Positions 27,431 to 36,410 of a stretch of 64,000 bases of DNA are shown in pieces. The position numbers and the translations under genes were made by a program. The stretch spans positions 225,631 to 289,630 of the forward strand of contig DDCA01000001.1 of assembly GCA_002335175.1 (NCBI GenBank). Direction: 5' to 3'. Numbering within the stretch: the stretch's first letter is position 1; every line of letters starts with the position of its first letter. Below the pieces are notes generated by a model that saw only the letters and a program-made list of their open reading frames with translations, had not been told where the DNA came from and did not search any database. This DNA is from Candidatus Saccharibacteria bacterium UBA2018. GTDB taxonomy: Bacteria > Patescibacteriota > Saccharimonadia > Saccharimonadales > Saccharimonadaceae.

Positions 27431-27631
27431 TTACGCCTCCTTTCCTTGATTAATGCTTGTTAGCAACCGGGCGATGTCTTTTTTTGCAGCCGTAATAGCG
27501 CGAGGATTCACCAGTTCGCCGGCAGCATGAGATTTCCGTAAGTCCATCAATTCAGCGCGCTTGGCTGCTAACTGGTCCTCAAGGGATAGTTCTTTCTTCA
27601 CGGGTGTCTTCTTGGTTGATTTCTCAGCCAT
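27431..27631 (-). CDS. rpmC: 50S ribosomal protein L29
   Basis: 66 aa, LSLEDQLAAKRAELMDLRKSHAAGELVNPRAITAAKKDIARLLT. Canonical slot between rplP and rpsQ. Confidence 0.9.
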   Translation of the reverse strand: MAEKSTKKTPVKKELSLEDQLAAKRAELMDLRKSHAAGELVNPRAITAAKKDIARLLTSINQGKEA

Positions 27632-28044
27632 TACGCTTCCTCCCGTTTGATAAACTTCGTCTTCACCGGCAGCTTATGGCTCGCTAGGCGCATGGCCTCA
27701 CGGGCAACTTCTTCTGATACACCCTTCATCTCAAACATAACAGTACCTGCTTTTACCTTGGCGGCAAAATACTCTGGATTACCTTTACCGGAACCCATCT
27801 TTACGTCTTGCGGTTTTTTGGTTACGGGCGTATGCGGGAAGATCCGAATCCAGATCTTACCACCACGCTTAATGTAACGAGTCATTGCCTGACGGGCCGA
27901 TTCAATCTGACGCGATGTTACACGTTCATTGCTTTGGGACTGTAGTCCGTAGTCGCCGAATGCGACATAGTTGCCTCGCGTAGCGTTGCCGTCATTTTTG
28001 CCAATCCGGACTTTGCGGTACTTGGTTTTCTTTGGTAACAACAT
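27631..28044 (-). CDS. rplP: 50S ribosomal protein L16
   Basis: [12 protein letters not shown]...[34 protein letters not shown]. Confidence 0.95.
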   Translation of the reverse strand: MLLPKKTKYRKVRIGKNDGNATRGNYVAFGDYGLQSQSNERVTSRQIESARQAMTRYIKRGGKIWIRIFPHTPVTKKPQDVKMGSGKGNPEYFAAKVKAGTVMFEMKGVSEEVAREAMRLASHKLPVKTKFIKREEA

Positions 28045-28046
28045 GG

Positions 28047-28682
28047 CTAGCCGTCCCTCTCACCCTTGTTAATCCATACCTTGACTCCGATAATACCGAC
28101 GCCAGGCGCGTTTGCCCGTGCCGTGTGGAAGTCTACGTCGGCCCGAAGCGTGTGTAGCGGCACCGAACCTTCAGAAACTTTCTCTCGGCGGGCCATTTCG
28201 GCATTGTTCAACCGGCCCGATACCTGAATTCGGATGCCTTTGGCACCGGCATTCATGGTATTCTGAGCAGCCATCTTGATAGCCCGGCGGAAATTAATAC
28301 GGCGCTCCAATTGGCGAGCAATGTTTTCGGCAACAAGCTTAGCAGCCAGTTCCGGTCGTTTCACTTCTTCAATGTTAATACGAACTGGTAAGCTCGCGAT
28401 TTTTTCAATCTGTGCTTTTAGTTCGGCAACTCCCGCACCGCCACGGCCAATAACGACACCGGCTTTTGCGGTATGAATCGTGACCGTAATCAAGTTAGCA
28501 GAACGCTCGATCTCAATTCGGTTGATGGTTGGCCGCGAGTTGAAGCGCTTTTCGATCAAATCGCGGATCTTGATGTCTTCCGCCAGCCAGTTCGCAAAAT
28601 CTTTCTTGCCCGCGAACCAACGCGAGTCCCAGTTCTTATGAACCTGAAGGCGGAAACTGATTGGGTTTACTTTCTGACCCAT
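28047..28682 (-). CDS. rpsC: 30S ribosomal protein S3
   Basis: [12 protein letters not shown]...KH domain...[19 protein letters not shown]. Confidence 0.95.
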   Translation of the reverse strand: MGQKVNPISFRLQVHKNWDSRWFAGKKDFANWLAEDIKIRDLIEKRFNSRPTINRIEIERSANLITVTIHTAKAGVVIGRGGAGVAELKAQIEKIASLPVRINIEEVKRPELAAKLVAENIARQLERRINFRRAIKMAAQNTMNAGAKGIRIQVSGRLNNAEMARREKVSEGSVPLHTLRADVDFHTARANAPGVGIIGVKVWINKGERDG

Positions 28683-29095
28683 TACTTCGTCTCCTCTTCT
28701 ACTTTAGGCTTCTTAGCAGCAGCTGGTTTAGCGGCTGGTTTCTTAGGCTTCTCTGTCCCGGTAACTTCAACCAGGATATTGCTGGAAATCTTCTGAAATG
28801 GCAGTGCCATACCGCGCATATGCGGCTTGAAACGCTTGAGACGCTTACCAACCGTTACGCTTAATGTCGTAATCTGCAGGCTTTTGGCGTCAAGGCCGTG
28901 GTTGTTAACGGCATTTGCCTGGGCGCTGGCAACAGCTTTTTTGATAGGCAAGCCGGCGCGGCGCGGAACATGGTCAAGGATAACAAGCGCATCGGCAACC
29001 GAGCGGTTACGCACCAGACTGGCAACGACGCTTACCTTGCGGGGAGCAATGTCTACGCCTTTTGCGTAAGATTTGACAGTATATTGATCGGCCAT
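28682..29095 (-). CDS. rplV: 50S ribosomal protein L22 (Lys/Ala-rich C-terminal tail)
   Basis: APRKVSVVASLVRNRSVADALVILDHVPRRAGLPIKKAVASAQANAVNNHGL. Confidence 0.93.
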   Translation of the reverse strand: MADQYTVKSYAKGVDIAPRKVSVVASLVRNRSVADALVILDHVPRRAGLPIKKAVASAQANAVNNHGLDAKSLQITTLSVTVGKRLKRFKPHMRGMALPFQKISSNILVEVTGTEKPKKPAAKPAAAKKPKVEEETK

Positions 29096-29355
29096 TACTT
29101 CTTACCACCATGTTTACGGAACTTACGGGTTGGGCTGAATTCGCCCAGCTTGTGGCCTACCATGTTTTCCGAAACGTACACGGGGACATGGACCTTGCCG
29201 TTGTGCACGGCGAAGTTCTTACCGACCATTTCTGGAGTAATGGTGCTGGCGCGGGCCCATGTTTTAATAACTGCACGGTCATCCGGACCAAGCGCCGCGA
29301 CTTTCTTGGCAAGCTTGGCGTCAACGAATGGACCTTTTTTAAGTGATCGACTCAT
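29095..29355 (-). CDS. rpsS: 30S ribosomal protein S19
   Basis: [15 protein letters not shown]...[48 protein letters not shown]. Confidence 0.95.
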   Translation of the reverse strand: MSRSLKKGPFVDAKLAKKVAALGPDDRAVIKTWARASTITPEMVGKNFAVHNGKVHVPVYVSENMVGHKLGEFSPTRKFRKHGGKK

Positions 29356-29358
29356 AGT

Positions 29359-30198
29359 TTACCTCTTCCTCTTCGCGTCATGGCGCGTACGTGCGATTAA
29401 ACGGTCTGTGCTCTTACGACGGCGGGTACGATACCCGAGTGTTAATTGACCCCACGGGGTACGCGGCGCTTTACCTGTACCGTGCCGTCCACCGTCACCA
29501 CCACCATGCGGGTGGTCGGCTGCATTCATAACCACACCACGGACAGTTGGGCGGATGCCTTTGCGGCGGTTCCGGCCGGCAGAACCTGTCTTGATGTTCT
29601 GGTGTTGAACATTACCGACAATACCAAGCGCCGCTGTCGCTTCAACTCGGAAGCGACGGACTTCACCAGAAGGCATACGCACTTGTGCATAGTCACCTTC
29701 TTTAGCCATCAACTGGGCTTTTGTACCAGCGGCGCGAACCATCTGTGAACCTTTGCCAGGGTTGATTTCAATTGCGTAAATTTGTGAGCCGACAGGTATC
29801 TTCGAGAGCGGCAGGCGGTTTGATGCCTCTACGACAGCAGCTGCGCCGCTTGCAAAGGTTTTACCGACCGTCATGCTGGTATCGGCAATGACATAGTGAT
29901 ATAGACCATGCTGATCCTTAACCCGGGCAATCCGAGCGGAACGGTTCGGGTCGTATTCAATTGCCTCTACCGTTAGTTTCAAGCCGTCGGCTAGATTATG
30001 GTTCAGCAAGCGGTAGTGCCGTTTGACACCGCCACCGCGGTGACGGACAGTGATACGCCCCGTGTTATTGCGGCCAGCGTTCTGCTTCTTGCTTTTTACC
30101 AAGCTCTTCAGCGGCTTGCGTGTGGTTATCTGACTGTAATCTTCCGACGTCATACCACGGCGGCCGGGAGTAGTGGGGTTATATGCTTTAATCGCCAT
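29359..30198 (-). CDS. rplB: 50S ribosomal protein L2
   Basis: GRNNTGRITVRHRGGGVKRHYR...RGVVMNAADHPHGGGDGG. Confidence 0.95.
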   Translation of the reverse strand: MAIKAYNPTTPGRRGMTSEDYSQITTRKPLKSLVKSKKQNAGRNNTGRITVRHRGGGVKRHYRLLNHNLADGLKLTVEAIEYDPNRSARIARVKDQHGLYHYVIADTSMTVGKTFASGAAAVVEASNRLPLSKIPVGSQIYAIEINPGKGSQMVRAAGTKAQLMAKEGDYAQVRMPSGEVRRFRVEATAALGIVGNVQHQNIKTGSAGRNRRKGIRPTVRGVVMNAADHPHGGGDGGRHGTGKAPRTPWGQLTLGYRTRRRKSTDRLIARTRHDAKRKR

Positions 30199-30515
30199 TA
30201 TTTCTTCTCCTCTTTCGCCGCTTCAGGCTGCTCAAACATTTGGATTGAGCTACCCTCAGCCAATGTGACGTAGGCCTTCTTAGTATCCTTACGGGTAGTA
30301 CTGCCTGGGTACCGGTTCTTGCCTCGGCTAAAGCGGACGGCTTTACCGCTTTGAACCGCAACTGTCACGTTCTTTACCGCAACATCAAACTGTTCAGTAA
30401 CGGCTTTAGCAATCTGCTGCTTATTGGCCGCGAGTGGAACATTGAATACGTACACGTTCTGTCCGCTCAGGCCGTAAGCCTTTTCTGTTGCTCGTGGGGT
30501 TACAAGAATACTCAT
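30198..30515 (-). CDS. rplW: 50S ribosomal protein L23
   Basis: MSILVTPRATEKAY...YVFNVPLAANKQQIAKAVTEQFDVAVKNV. The start is set to the ATG at 30515 (TAATG overlap with the rplD stop, GGAGGAG upstream). Confidence 0.9.
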   Translation of the reverse strand: MSILVTPRATEKAYGLSGQNVYVFNVPLAANKQQIAKAVTEQFDVAVKNVTVAVQSGKAVRFSRGKNRYPGSTTRKDTKKAYVTLAEGSSIQMFEQPEAAKEEKK

Positions 30516-31132
30516 TACTTGTCTCCTCCTAGCCATGCCTCGATTGTCTTGATGCTTGCGGGCGACAGGACAATATGGTCGGCATTCAAAATGTGATAGA
30601 CGCTCAGGTACGTGCTCCGTACCAGCAGTACATTCTGGAGATTCTTTGTGGCCCTCAGTAGTTCGGGCGTCTTTTCGTCGACAACAATAAGCGTGCGGCG
30701 TGCAAACTTGTTGTCAGCCAAGAATTTAGCAATCTCGCTGGTCTTGCCAGTTGTTTTGACGCCTTTGACGACAATTTTCTTGGCCTTATTGGCCAATGAA
30801 AGCGCCTGTTTAACAGCAACACGCTTGCTACCCGTTGAGATCTTTTTAGTGTAGTTTTCGTTACCGCTCGGGCCAAAAACGACACCACCGCCGCGCCAGA
30901 TTGGGTTACGAGTCGAACCAAACCGGGCTCGGCCGGTACCTTTTTGGCGCCATGGTTTCTTACCACCACCACGAACCTCGCCGCGTTTCAGGGTAGTTGC
31001 GCTGGCTTGGCGTGAGTTTGCTAGGTAGCTGTCGTAGGCTAACTTCAACAGTTCGTGGTTTTCAACTGTTATGCCAAAGATGGCCGAAGGCAACGTTACT
31101 TTAGTAGCAGCTTTAGGAGTATCAATAGCCAT
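30515..31132 (-). CDS. rplD: 50S ribosomal protein L4
   Basis: GEVRGGGKKPWRQKGTGRARFGSTRNPIWRGGGVVFGP. Confidence 0.95.
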   Translation of the reverse strand: MAIDTPKAATKVTLPSAIFGITVENHELLKLAYDSYLANSRQASATTLKRGEVRGGGKKPWRQKGTGRARFGSTRNPIWRGGGVVFGPSGNENYTKKISTGSKRVAVKQALSLANKAKKIVVKGVKTTGKTSEIAKFLADNKFARRTLIVVDEKTPELLRATKNLQNVLLVRSTYLSVYHILNADHIVLSPASIKTIEAWLGGDK

Positions 31133-31746
31133 TATGCTGTCCCTCCTATGATAATCAGGCTCTTACGCGGGCCCGGTACTGCGCCCTTCAACCCAATCAG
31201 GTTATTCGCGGCGTCGAGGTAGGCCACCTCGAGGTTCTTTACGGTCACGCGTTCTCCGCCCATACGGCCGGCCATGCGCTTACCCTTAAAGACCTTCTGT
31301 GGATACATCGACCCAATAGAACCCGGTTTACGAACGTTTCCGTTTCCACCGTGTGTCTTTTTACTAGTATTGAAGTTGTGACGCTTCACCGTTCCGGCAA
31401 AACCTTTACCTTTTGAGGTGCCAGTGGCATCTACCACGTCACCGAGTGCGAATGCACTTACGTCGATGATACTGCCGACCGTTAGGTCTTCTGGCAGGTC
31501 TTCAACGCGAAATTCCCGAATATACTTCGGCGAAGTTTTGCTGGACTTAACGTGTCCAGCGACGGCCTTGCTCAGGTTCTTACCCGATCCGAATGCAACC
31601 TGTACCGCGCTGTAGCCATCTTTTTCAAGAGACTTCACCTGAGTGACGGTAACAGGGCCGGCTTGTATGAGGGTGACGGGTGTAGCCGTACCATCTTCAG
31701 CCAGAATCTGGGTCATACCAATCTTGGTGCCGAGAAGTGCTTTCAT
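31132..31746 (-). CDS. rplC: 50S ribosomal protein L3
   Basis: MKALLGTKIGMTQI...TSKGKGFAGTVKRHNF...HGGNGNVRKPGSIG. Confidence 0.95.
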   Translation of the reverse strand: MKALLGTKIGMTQILAEDGTATPVTLIQAGPVTVTQVKSLEKDGYSAVQVAFGSGKNLSKAVAGHVKSSKTSPKYIREFRVEDLPEDLTVGSIIDVSAFALGDVVDATGTSKGKGFAGTVKRHNFNTSKKTHGGNGNVRKPGSIGSMYPQKVFKGKRMAGRMGGERVTVKNLEVAYLDAANNLIGLKGAVPGPRKSLIIIGGTA

Positions 31747-31863
31747 GCCTTCTTACTCCCATTTTAAAACCTCGGTGGCGAGTGGTTTCCAGGCCTATTT
31801 TTGGCTCCGGACCTACTCATTCACCAAGGAATAAGTTGTTATTACGTAATAAGTTACCATATA

Positions 31864-31893
31864 AATGTATCATGTTTTATGGTAGTGAGTCAA
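31864..31893 (-). promoter_or_regulatory. possible promoter for the rplC-led ribosomal operon
   Basis: The minus strand reads TTGACT-(18 nt)-TACATT, about 115 nt upstream of rplC. Weak call. Confidence 0.3.
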
Positions 31894-31901
31894 GAGGTGG
31901 A

Positions 31902-32228
31902 CTAGATAACAATACCGGCAGCTTGGAAATTACTAATCACGCCAATAACAACCAGTAATGCATACCAAATTTTCCTATCAGCTTGATGTTTTTCAAATAA
32001 ACGGACGAGTAGAAATCCAACAAAAACACCTACCGGTACGGCATTCAACTGAAAATCGCCAATAAGAAGAGGCTCGCCAAACTTTATCCAAAACGTCCCA
32101 AGTAAAAATACTGCAACGAGTTTCAAAAAATAAAGGCCATCGCTCTCGAATACCCGCTCGTGAAGGCGCTTAGGTGGGGTTGCTGCATGTGATTGTCTTT
32201 TTGTTTTTGCCATAGTGCTAGAATTCAT
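31902..32228 (-). CDS. small hydrophobic membrane protein (hypothetical)
   Basis: 108-aa ORF (alternative ATG at 32213) with about three predicted TM segments (LKLVAVFLLGTFWI, AVPVGVFVGFLLV, ALLVVIGVISNF). Confidence 0.45.
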   Translation of the reverse strand: MNSSTMAKTKRQSHAATPPKRLHERVFESDGLYFLKLVAVFLLGTFWIKFGEPLLIGDFQLNAVPVGVFVGFLLVRLFEKHQADRKIWYALLVVIGVISNFQAAGIVI

Positions 32229-32273
32229 TGTAATTTATGCCGGTCGTAAGCACAACCGTTGTATACTACCTAT

Positions 32274-32546
32274 ATGGCTACTAGAAAATCCCCCAAGAAA
32301 GCAACAACAAAGAAATCAGCATCTAAACCGGTTTTGTTCGGGCTTCAACCAGAGCAAGAGAAGTTTATGACGTTCCGGGTCAACCTACAAACCCTTTATT
32401 GGCTCATTCTAGGAGGAGTCGTCCTTCTATTCAGCATGTGGATATTGCAGCTCCAAAGCGACGTTCAGAAAATTTATGATCAGATAGATATTAATACGGC
32501 CGAGGGAAATACCGTCATGCCCGAAGAGAAAGACGCTAAAAACTAA
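32274..32546 (+). CDS. small single-pass membrane protein (hypothetical)
   Basis: The first ATG in ORF 32259..32546 gives MATRKSPKKATTKK... followed by the TM LYWLILGGVVLLFSMWIL. It is followed by a terminator. Confidence 0.45.
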   Translation: MATRKSPKKATTKKSASKPVLFGLQPEQEKFMTFRVNLQTLYWLILGGVVLLFSMWILQLQSDVQKIYDQIDINTAEGNTVMPEEKDAKN

Positions 32547-32556
32547 CTGACAAATT

Positions 32557-32588
32557 AAAAAATCCGGCATAACTCAGCCGGATTTTTT
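32557..32588. terminator. bidirectional rho-independent terminator (ends both rpsJ and the + strand small gene)
   Basis: AAAAAATCCGGC / GCCGGATTTTTT form a 12-bp stem with an 8-nt loop. A-run and T-run flank it, between convergent genes. Confidence 0.75.
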
Positions 32589-32602
32589 AATTGGAAGCAA
32601 TG

Positions 32603-32920
32603 TTACATCCGGATTTCGGCGTCGACACCTGCAGGCAGGCTTAGGTTCTGCAGGCTGTCAATCGTTTTCGGTGTTGCATTGGTAATGTCAATCAGGCGCT
32701 TATGAACGCGCATTTCAAAGCTTTCACCGCCCATTTTGTATACGTGGGGACTTTTGACGACCGTAAACGTGCTTTTACGCGTAGGCAGAGGCACGGGGCC
32801 GGCAATTGACGCACCGGTGCGAACAGCGGTGTCAATGATTTGTTTGGCTGACTGGTCGATCACTTTGTGATCATATGCTTTTAGACGGATGCGAATCCGC
32901 AGGCCTTCTTCTTTGACCAT
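32603..32920 (-). CDS. rpsJ: 30S ribosomal protein S10
   Basis: [41 protein letters not shown]...[12 protein letters not shown]. Confidence 0.95.
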   Translation of the reverse strand: MVKEEGLRIRIRLKAYDHKVIDQSAKQIIDTAVRTGASIAGPVPLPTRKSTFTVVKSPHVYKMGGESFEMRVHKRLIDITNATPKTIDSLQNLSLPAGVDAEIRM

Positions 32921-33041
32921 TATTTCTCCTTACGTTTATGTACCGTAACCTCTGCTCGCTTCATATCTTCTCATGGCTGGCCGAGTTGTCAGTACGATGG
33001 TTTGTTTAGTTATCGTACCATAGCCGCCCACATCTGTAAAC

Positions 33042-33070
33042 TTGCATTTTTATAATGTTTGTGCTATAAT
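33042..33070 (+). promoter_or_regulatory. sigma70-like promoter for the 33079 gene
   Basis: TTGCAT-(17 nt)-TATAAT, with AGGA 5 nt upstream of the ATG at 33079. Confidence 0.5.
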
Positions 33071-33078
33071 TAGGATAT

Positions 33079-33465
33079 ATGGGCATTGAAGAACTGCGCC
33101 GATTATCGACCATCGATAAAAGTGATGGTTATAGAGCAAGAAAGCGTGAGCAGCAAGCGATTGTTCGCAAGCTTGCCGATGCTGCGTCAATGATCGCTCC
33201 AGGCGAGACGGCTTCGTATTGGCCCGAAATGCTAGTCCAGGGCAACCGTCGTTGGCTGGAAGATGAAGCTACCTCTTCACGTATTGAATCTGTGCTTTAC
33301 CGGTTGGGTGCCAATGTTACCTGCTCAGTAGTTTCCCTCAGCAGCGAGAACGGGGACGAAGCCAAGCCGGGCAAAACTAAAACCAGACCGGTTCTTCTCA
33401 TTACCGCCGCAGACCAAGAGTTCTCCGATAGGGCTATTAACGGCTCTGCTGATAAAGCTTCGTAG
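33079..33465 (+). CDS. hypothetical protein
   Basis: 128-aa ORF with its own promoter-like element and SD. No motif recognised. Confidence 0.5.
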   Translation: MGIEELRRLSTIDKSDGYRARKREQQAIVRKLADAASMIAPGETASYWPEMLVQGNRRWLEDEATSSRIESVLYRLGANVTCSVVSLSSENGDEAKPGKTKTRPVLLITAADQEFSDRAINGSADKAS

Positions 33466-33772
33466 CTTCGGCAAGTGCCCGGGCAATTTTTAGCTCTACA
33501 TCGCCGGATCGAGGGCCGCGGTCAAAAAACACCTCGAGTGGCTGTCCATTGGCAAGCCTTTTTGTTGCAACGTCTATTGAAGGGCGCACCACCTGACCAA
33601 TACTGTCATCATACAGTGAGTCGACGATGGTACTAACAGGCGGCATGGCTGTCTCGGCAGGCAGTCCTTCGGGCTCGGATACCAGGCTAAGCACCGGTGA
33701 ATCGTCGTCAGATACGCCGTCGTACCGGTCTTGAACTGCATACTGATGTTCTAGCGCGAGTGCTTCACTCAT
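33437..33772 (-). CDS. hypothetical acidic protein
   Basis: 111-aa ORF with an SD-like AGGGGA upstream of the ATG. Its 3' end overlaps the convergent 33079 gene by 29 nt. Confidence 0.45.
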   Translation of the reverse strand: MSEALALEHQYAVQDRYDGVSDDDSPVLSLVSEPEGLPAETAMPPVSTIVDSLYDDSIGQVVRPSIDVATKRLANGQPLEVFFDRGPRSGDVELKIARALAEATKLYQQSR

Positions 33773-33849
33773 TTTTGTTTATCCCCTTTTATTTGATGAA
33801 GTCCACTATACTCCTTCCGGTAGGTGGAGTAAATACAATTTCCTGCAAT

Positions 33850-33884
33850 AATAAAATACCCCCGATTAACAGGGGTATTTTATT
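33850..33884 (-). terminator. rho-independent terminator of tuf
   Basis: AATAAAATACCCC / GGGGTATTTTATT form a 13-bp stem with a 9-nt loop and a T-rich tail on the minus strand, 18 nt after the tuf stop. Confidence 0.7.
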
Positions 33885-33901
33885 ATGTGGTTGTCGCTCG
33901 A

Positions 33902-35086
33902 TTACTTAGTAATCTTTGTTACGACGCCAGCACCAACGGTGCGGCCACCTTCACGGATAGCGAAGTTTAGACCTTGCTCCATAGCGATTGGGGCGAGCAG
34001 CTTAACGTTGAAGGTAACGGTGTCGCCCGGCATAACCATTTCTTTGTCAGCTGGAAGCTCGACTTCACCGGTAACGTCCGTAGTACGGAAGTAGAACTGC
34101 GGCTTGTAACCCTTTGAGAATGGAGTGTGGCGTCCGCCTTCTTCTTTCTTCAGGATGTATACTTCAGCTTCAAATTCGGTGTGTGGAGTCAGTGAACCGG
34201 GCTTCACAATAACCTGGCCGCGTTCAACTTGTTCGCGTTCGATACCACGAAGGAGTAGACCGGCGTTGTCACCAGCTTGGCCTTGGTCAAGGTTTTTCTT
34301 GAAGGCTTCGATACCGGTAACGACCGACTTCTGAGTTGGGCGAATACCTACGATTTCGACTTCTTCGTTGAGCTTGATAACACCTTGCTCAATACGGCCA
34401 GTTGCGACGGTACCGCGTCCTTTAATTGAGAAGACGTCTTCAATAGGCATAAGGAACGGCTTGTCCATGTCACGAACCGGTTCTTCGACGTATTCGTCGA
34501 GGGCTTTCACTAGTTCCATGATAGCTTCTTCGCTCTCAGCATCACCTTCGAGGGCTTTTGTAGCAGAACCCTTAATGATAGGAGCGTTGTCGCCGTCGTA
34601 ACCGTTCTTGGTAAGAAGTTCACGGACATCCATTTCAACCAGCTCAACCAGTTCAGGGTCGGCAAGGTCCATCTTGTTGAGAAAAACGACGATTTTCGGA
34701 ACGTTAACCTGGTGAGCGAGCAGAACGTGTTCGCGGGTTTGCGGCAGCGGTCCGTCGTTCGCAGCAACTACCAAGATAGCGCCATCGATTTGAGCGGCAC
34801 CGGTAATCATGTTCTTGACGTAGTCGGCGTGTCCCGGCATGTCGACGTGTGCGTAGTGACGCTTTTCAGACTCGTATTCCTGGTGAGAAGAAGCGATGGT
34901 AATACCACGGGCTTTTTCTTCAGGAGCGTTGTCGATATCTTCGTAATTGCGAGGCTTGTTGGTGTCAGAAGGCAGCTTCTTAGCCAGTACGTGCGTAATC
35001 GCAGCAGTTAAAGTTGTTTTACCGTGGTCAACGTGACCCATGGTACCAACGTTGACGTGCGGCTTGCTTCGATCGAAATCAGCCAT
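33902..35086 (-). CDS. tuf: elongation factor Tu
   Basis: [22 protein letters not shown] and SATKALEG GTPase motifs. 394 aa. Confidence 0.97.
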   Translation of the reverse strand: MADFDRSKPHVNVGTMGHVDHGKTTLTAAITHVLAKKLPSDTNKPRNYEDIDNAPEEKARGITIASSHQEYESEKRHYAHVDMPGHADYVKNMITGAAQIDGAILVVAANDGPLPQTREHVLLAHQVNVPKIVVFLNKMDLADPELVELVEMDVRELLTKNGYDGDNAPIIKGSATKALEGDAESEEAIMELVKALDEYVEEPVRDMDKPFLMPIEDVFSIKGRGTVATGRIEQGVIKLNEEVEIVGIRPTQKSVVTGIEAFKKNLDQGQAGDNAGLLLRGIEREQVERGQVIVKPGSLTPHTEFEAEVYILKKEEGGRHTPFSKGYKPQFYFRTTDVTGEVELPADKEMVMPGDTVTFNVKLLAPIAMEQGLNFAIREGGRTVGAGVVTKITK

Positions 35087-35162
35087 TGTAGCGTATTTCT
35101 CCTACTTAAAATTAGTTATTTTTAGCACGCAGTTTAAAAAACCTCGCAGAGCTATTAGCCTC

Positions 35163-35191
35163 ATTATACAGAGCGCAGCCTGTTTAGTAAA
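35163..35191 (-). promoter_or_regulatory. possible tuf promoter
   Basis: The minus strand reads TTTACT-(17 nt)-TATAAT, about 75 nt upstream of tuf. Confidence 0.4.
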
Positions 35192-35197
35192 GAGAAC

Positions 35198-36373
35198 TCA
35201 TCCCTCCTCTAAAATAGCCGGCTCATCTGGAATACGGAGCTCCTGCTTGTCCTGGGAGCGCCAAGCTTTGACAGCCCATCCAATTGGCAGCACATCGTGA
35301 TACCCAATGAGATCGGCTGACATACGCATAAATCCGCCGAGCCAGCCTGCGAACCGCAGCCTTCCCCATTCGAATACGGCCCAATGGTGTCCGATTGGGA
35401 TGACACTGGCGGGCTGAACGGGCCGGTAGGTTTTCTTGCTTCCATTCAAATGCCTGACGACAAACTGTGCATCGTGCAAGGCAGTCTGGGCAAGGCCAGC
35501 GTACGGTGTCGCCGCATTATCACCGATGACGTAAATGCCTGTACGGGCCCTCATGAATTCATCAACGACTACTTTTCCCCGCTCGTTGATTGTAAAGTGT
35601 TCGCTATTGTTATTAAAAAATGGGGCGTTTGTTACTCCGGACGTCCATATGACAGTCTGCGTACTGAGCGGGCGTCCGCTAACCATGAGTGACTCGGCCG
35701 TTTGCCGTTCTACTTTCTTATCGGTCTCAACATGGACTCCAAGCCTCTTTAGGCGGGCTGCAGCCTTTCGGCTGGTTGATTCGGACAGGCGCGGCAATAA
35801 GCGCGGTGCCGCTTCAACAAGTGTAATACGCAGGCGTTTTTTTCGAATTCCGAAGTGCCTGCGTAGTACCAAAAGATATTCTCCCAGGGCTCCGGCCAGC
35901 TCGACCCCAGTGGCACCACCACCAATAATGACATAGTTTTTCTCGTCGTCAGAGCCGTCTCGCATTTCTTCGAACAAGTGATTCTGCAGCCGGCGTATTT
36001 CGTCTTGTGACTTTATTCCGTACGAAAACGTATCGAGGCCCTCGATCCCGAAGTATGTCGTGACGCTGCCGAGCGCTAAGATAAGGGTTTTGTAATCGTA
36101 GGTTCCCTGCTTCCCCACTAACTGGCGGGTGTCCGGGTGAAGTTTTACTATTTCATCGGTAATCAGTTCGACGTTCGGCCAGTCGTCAAAAATTGTTTCA
36201 AGCGGTATCCAGGATTGACGATGGCTATGTCCGGTCGCCGTCGCAAATAGTGCCGGGTAATATTGGAAGTCCGGCTTATCGGAAATAAGCGTTACGTGGT
36301 TGTTTGGATGTTCGGCAAGCTCGAGCGCCGCCTTTACTCCACCAAAGCCGCCGCCAACAATCGTTACTTTCAC
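35198..36373 (-). CDS. ndh: type II NADH:quinone oxidoreductase (NDH-2)
   Basis: Two dinucleotide-binding motifs (VTIVGGGFGGV and YVIIGGGATGVELAG) and IYVIGDNA. Length is 391 aa. Confidence 0.8.
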   Translation of the reverse strand: MKVTIVGGGFGGVKAALELAEHPNNHVTLISDKPDFQYYPALFATATGHSHRQSWIPLETIFDDWPNVELITDEIVKLHPDTRQLVGKQGTYDYKTLILALGSVTTYFGIEGLDTFSYGIKSQDEIRRLQNHLFEEMRDGSDDEKNYVIIGGGATGVELAGALGEYLLVLRRHFGIRKKRLRITLVEAAPRLLPRLSESTSRKAAARLKRLGVHVETDKKVERQTAESLMVSGRPLSTQTVIWTSGVTNAPFFNNNSEHFTINERGKVVVDEFMRARTGIYVIGDNAATPYAGLAQTALHDAQFVVRHLNGSKKTYRPVQPASVIPIGHHWAVFEWGRLRFAGWLGGFMRMSADLIGYHDVLPIGWAVKAWRSQDKQELRIPDEPAILEEG

Positions 36374-36410
36374 TCCCTCACCTTATCTGTTTTGATCATA
36401 GTTATGGCTA

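Noticed and set aside
16851-31958. Alternate-frame and antisense ORFs across the ribosomal protein cluster (for example 19185..19571, 23815..24354, 26764..26982, 27078..27356, 28898..29449, 30655..30972)
   Set aside because: Each overlaps a ribosomal protein gene identified by strong sequence signatures. None has an independent SD or family resemblance.
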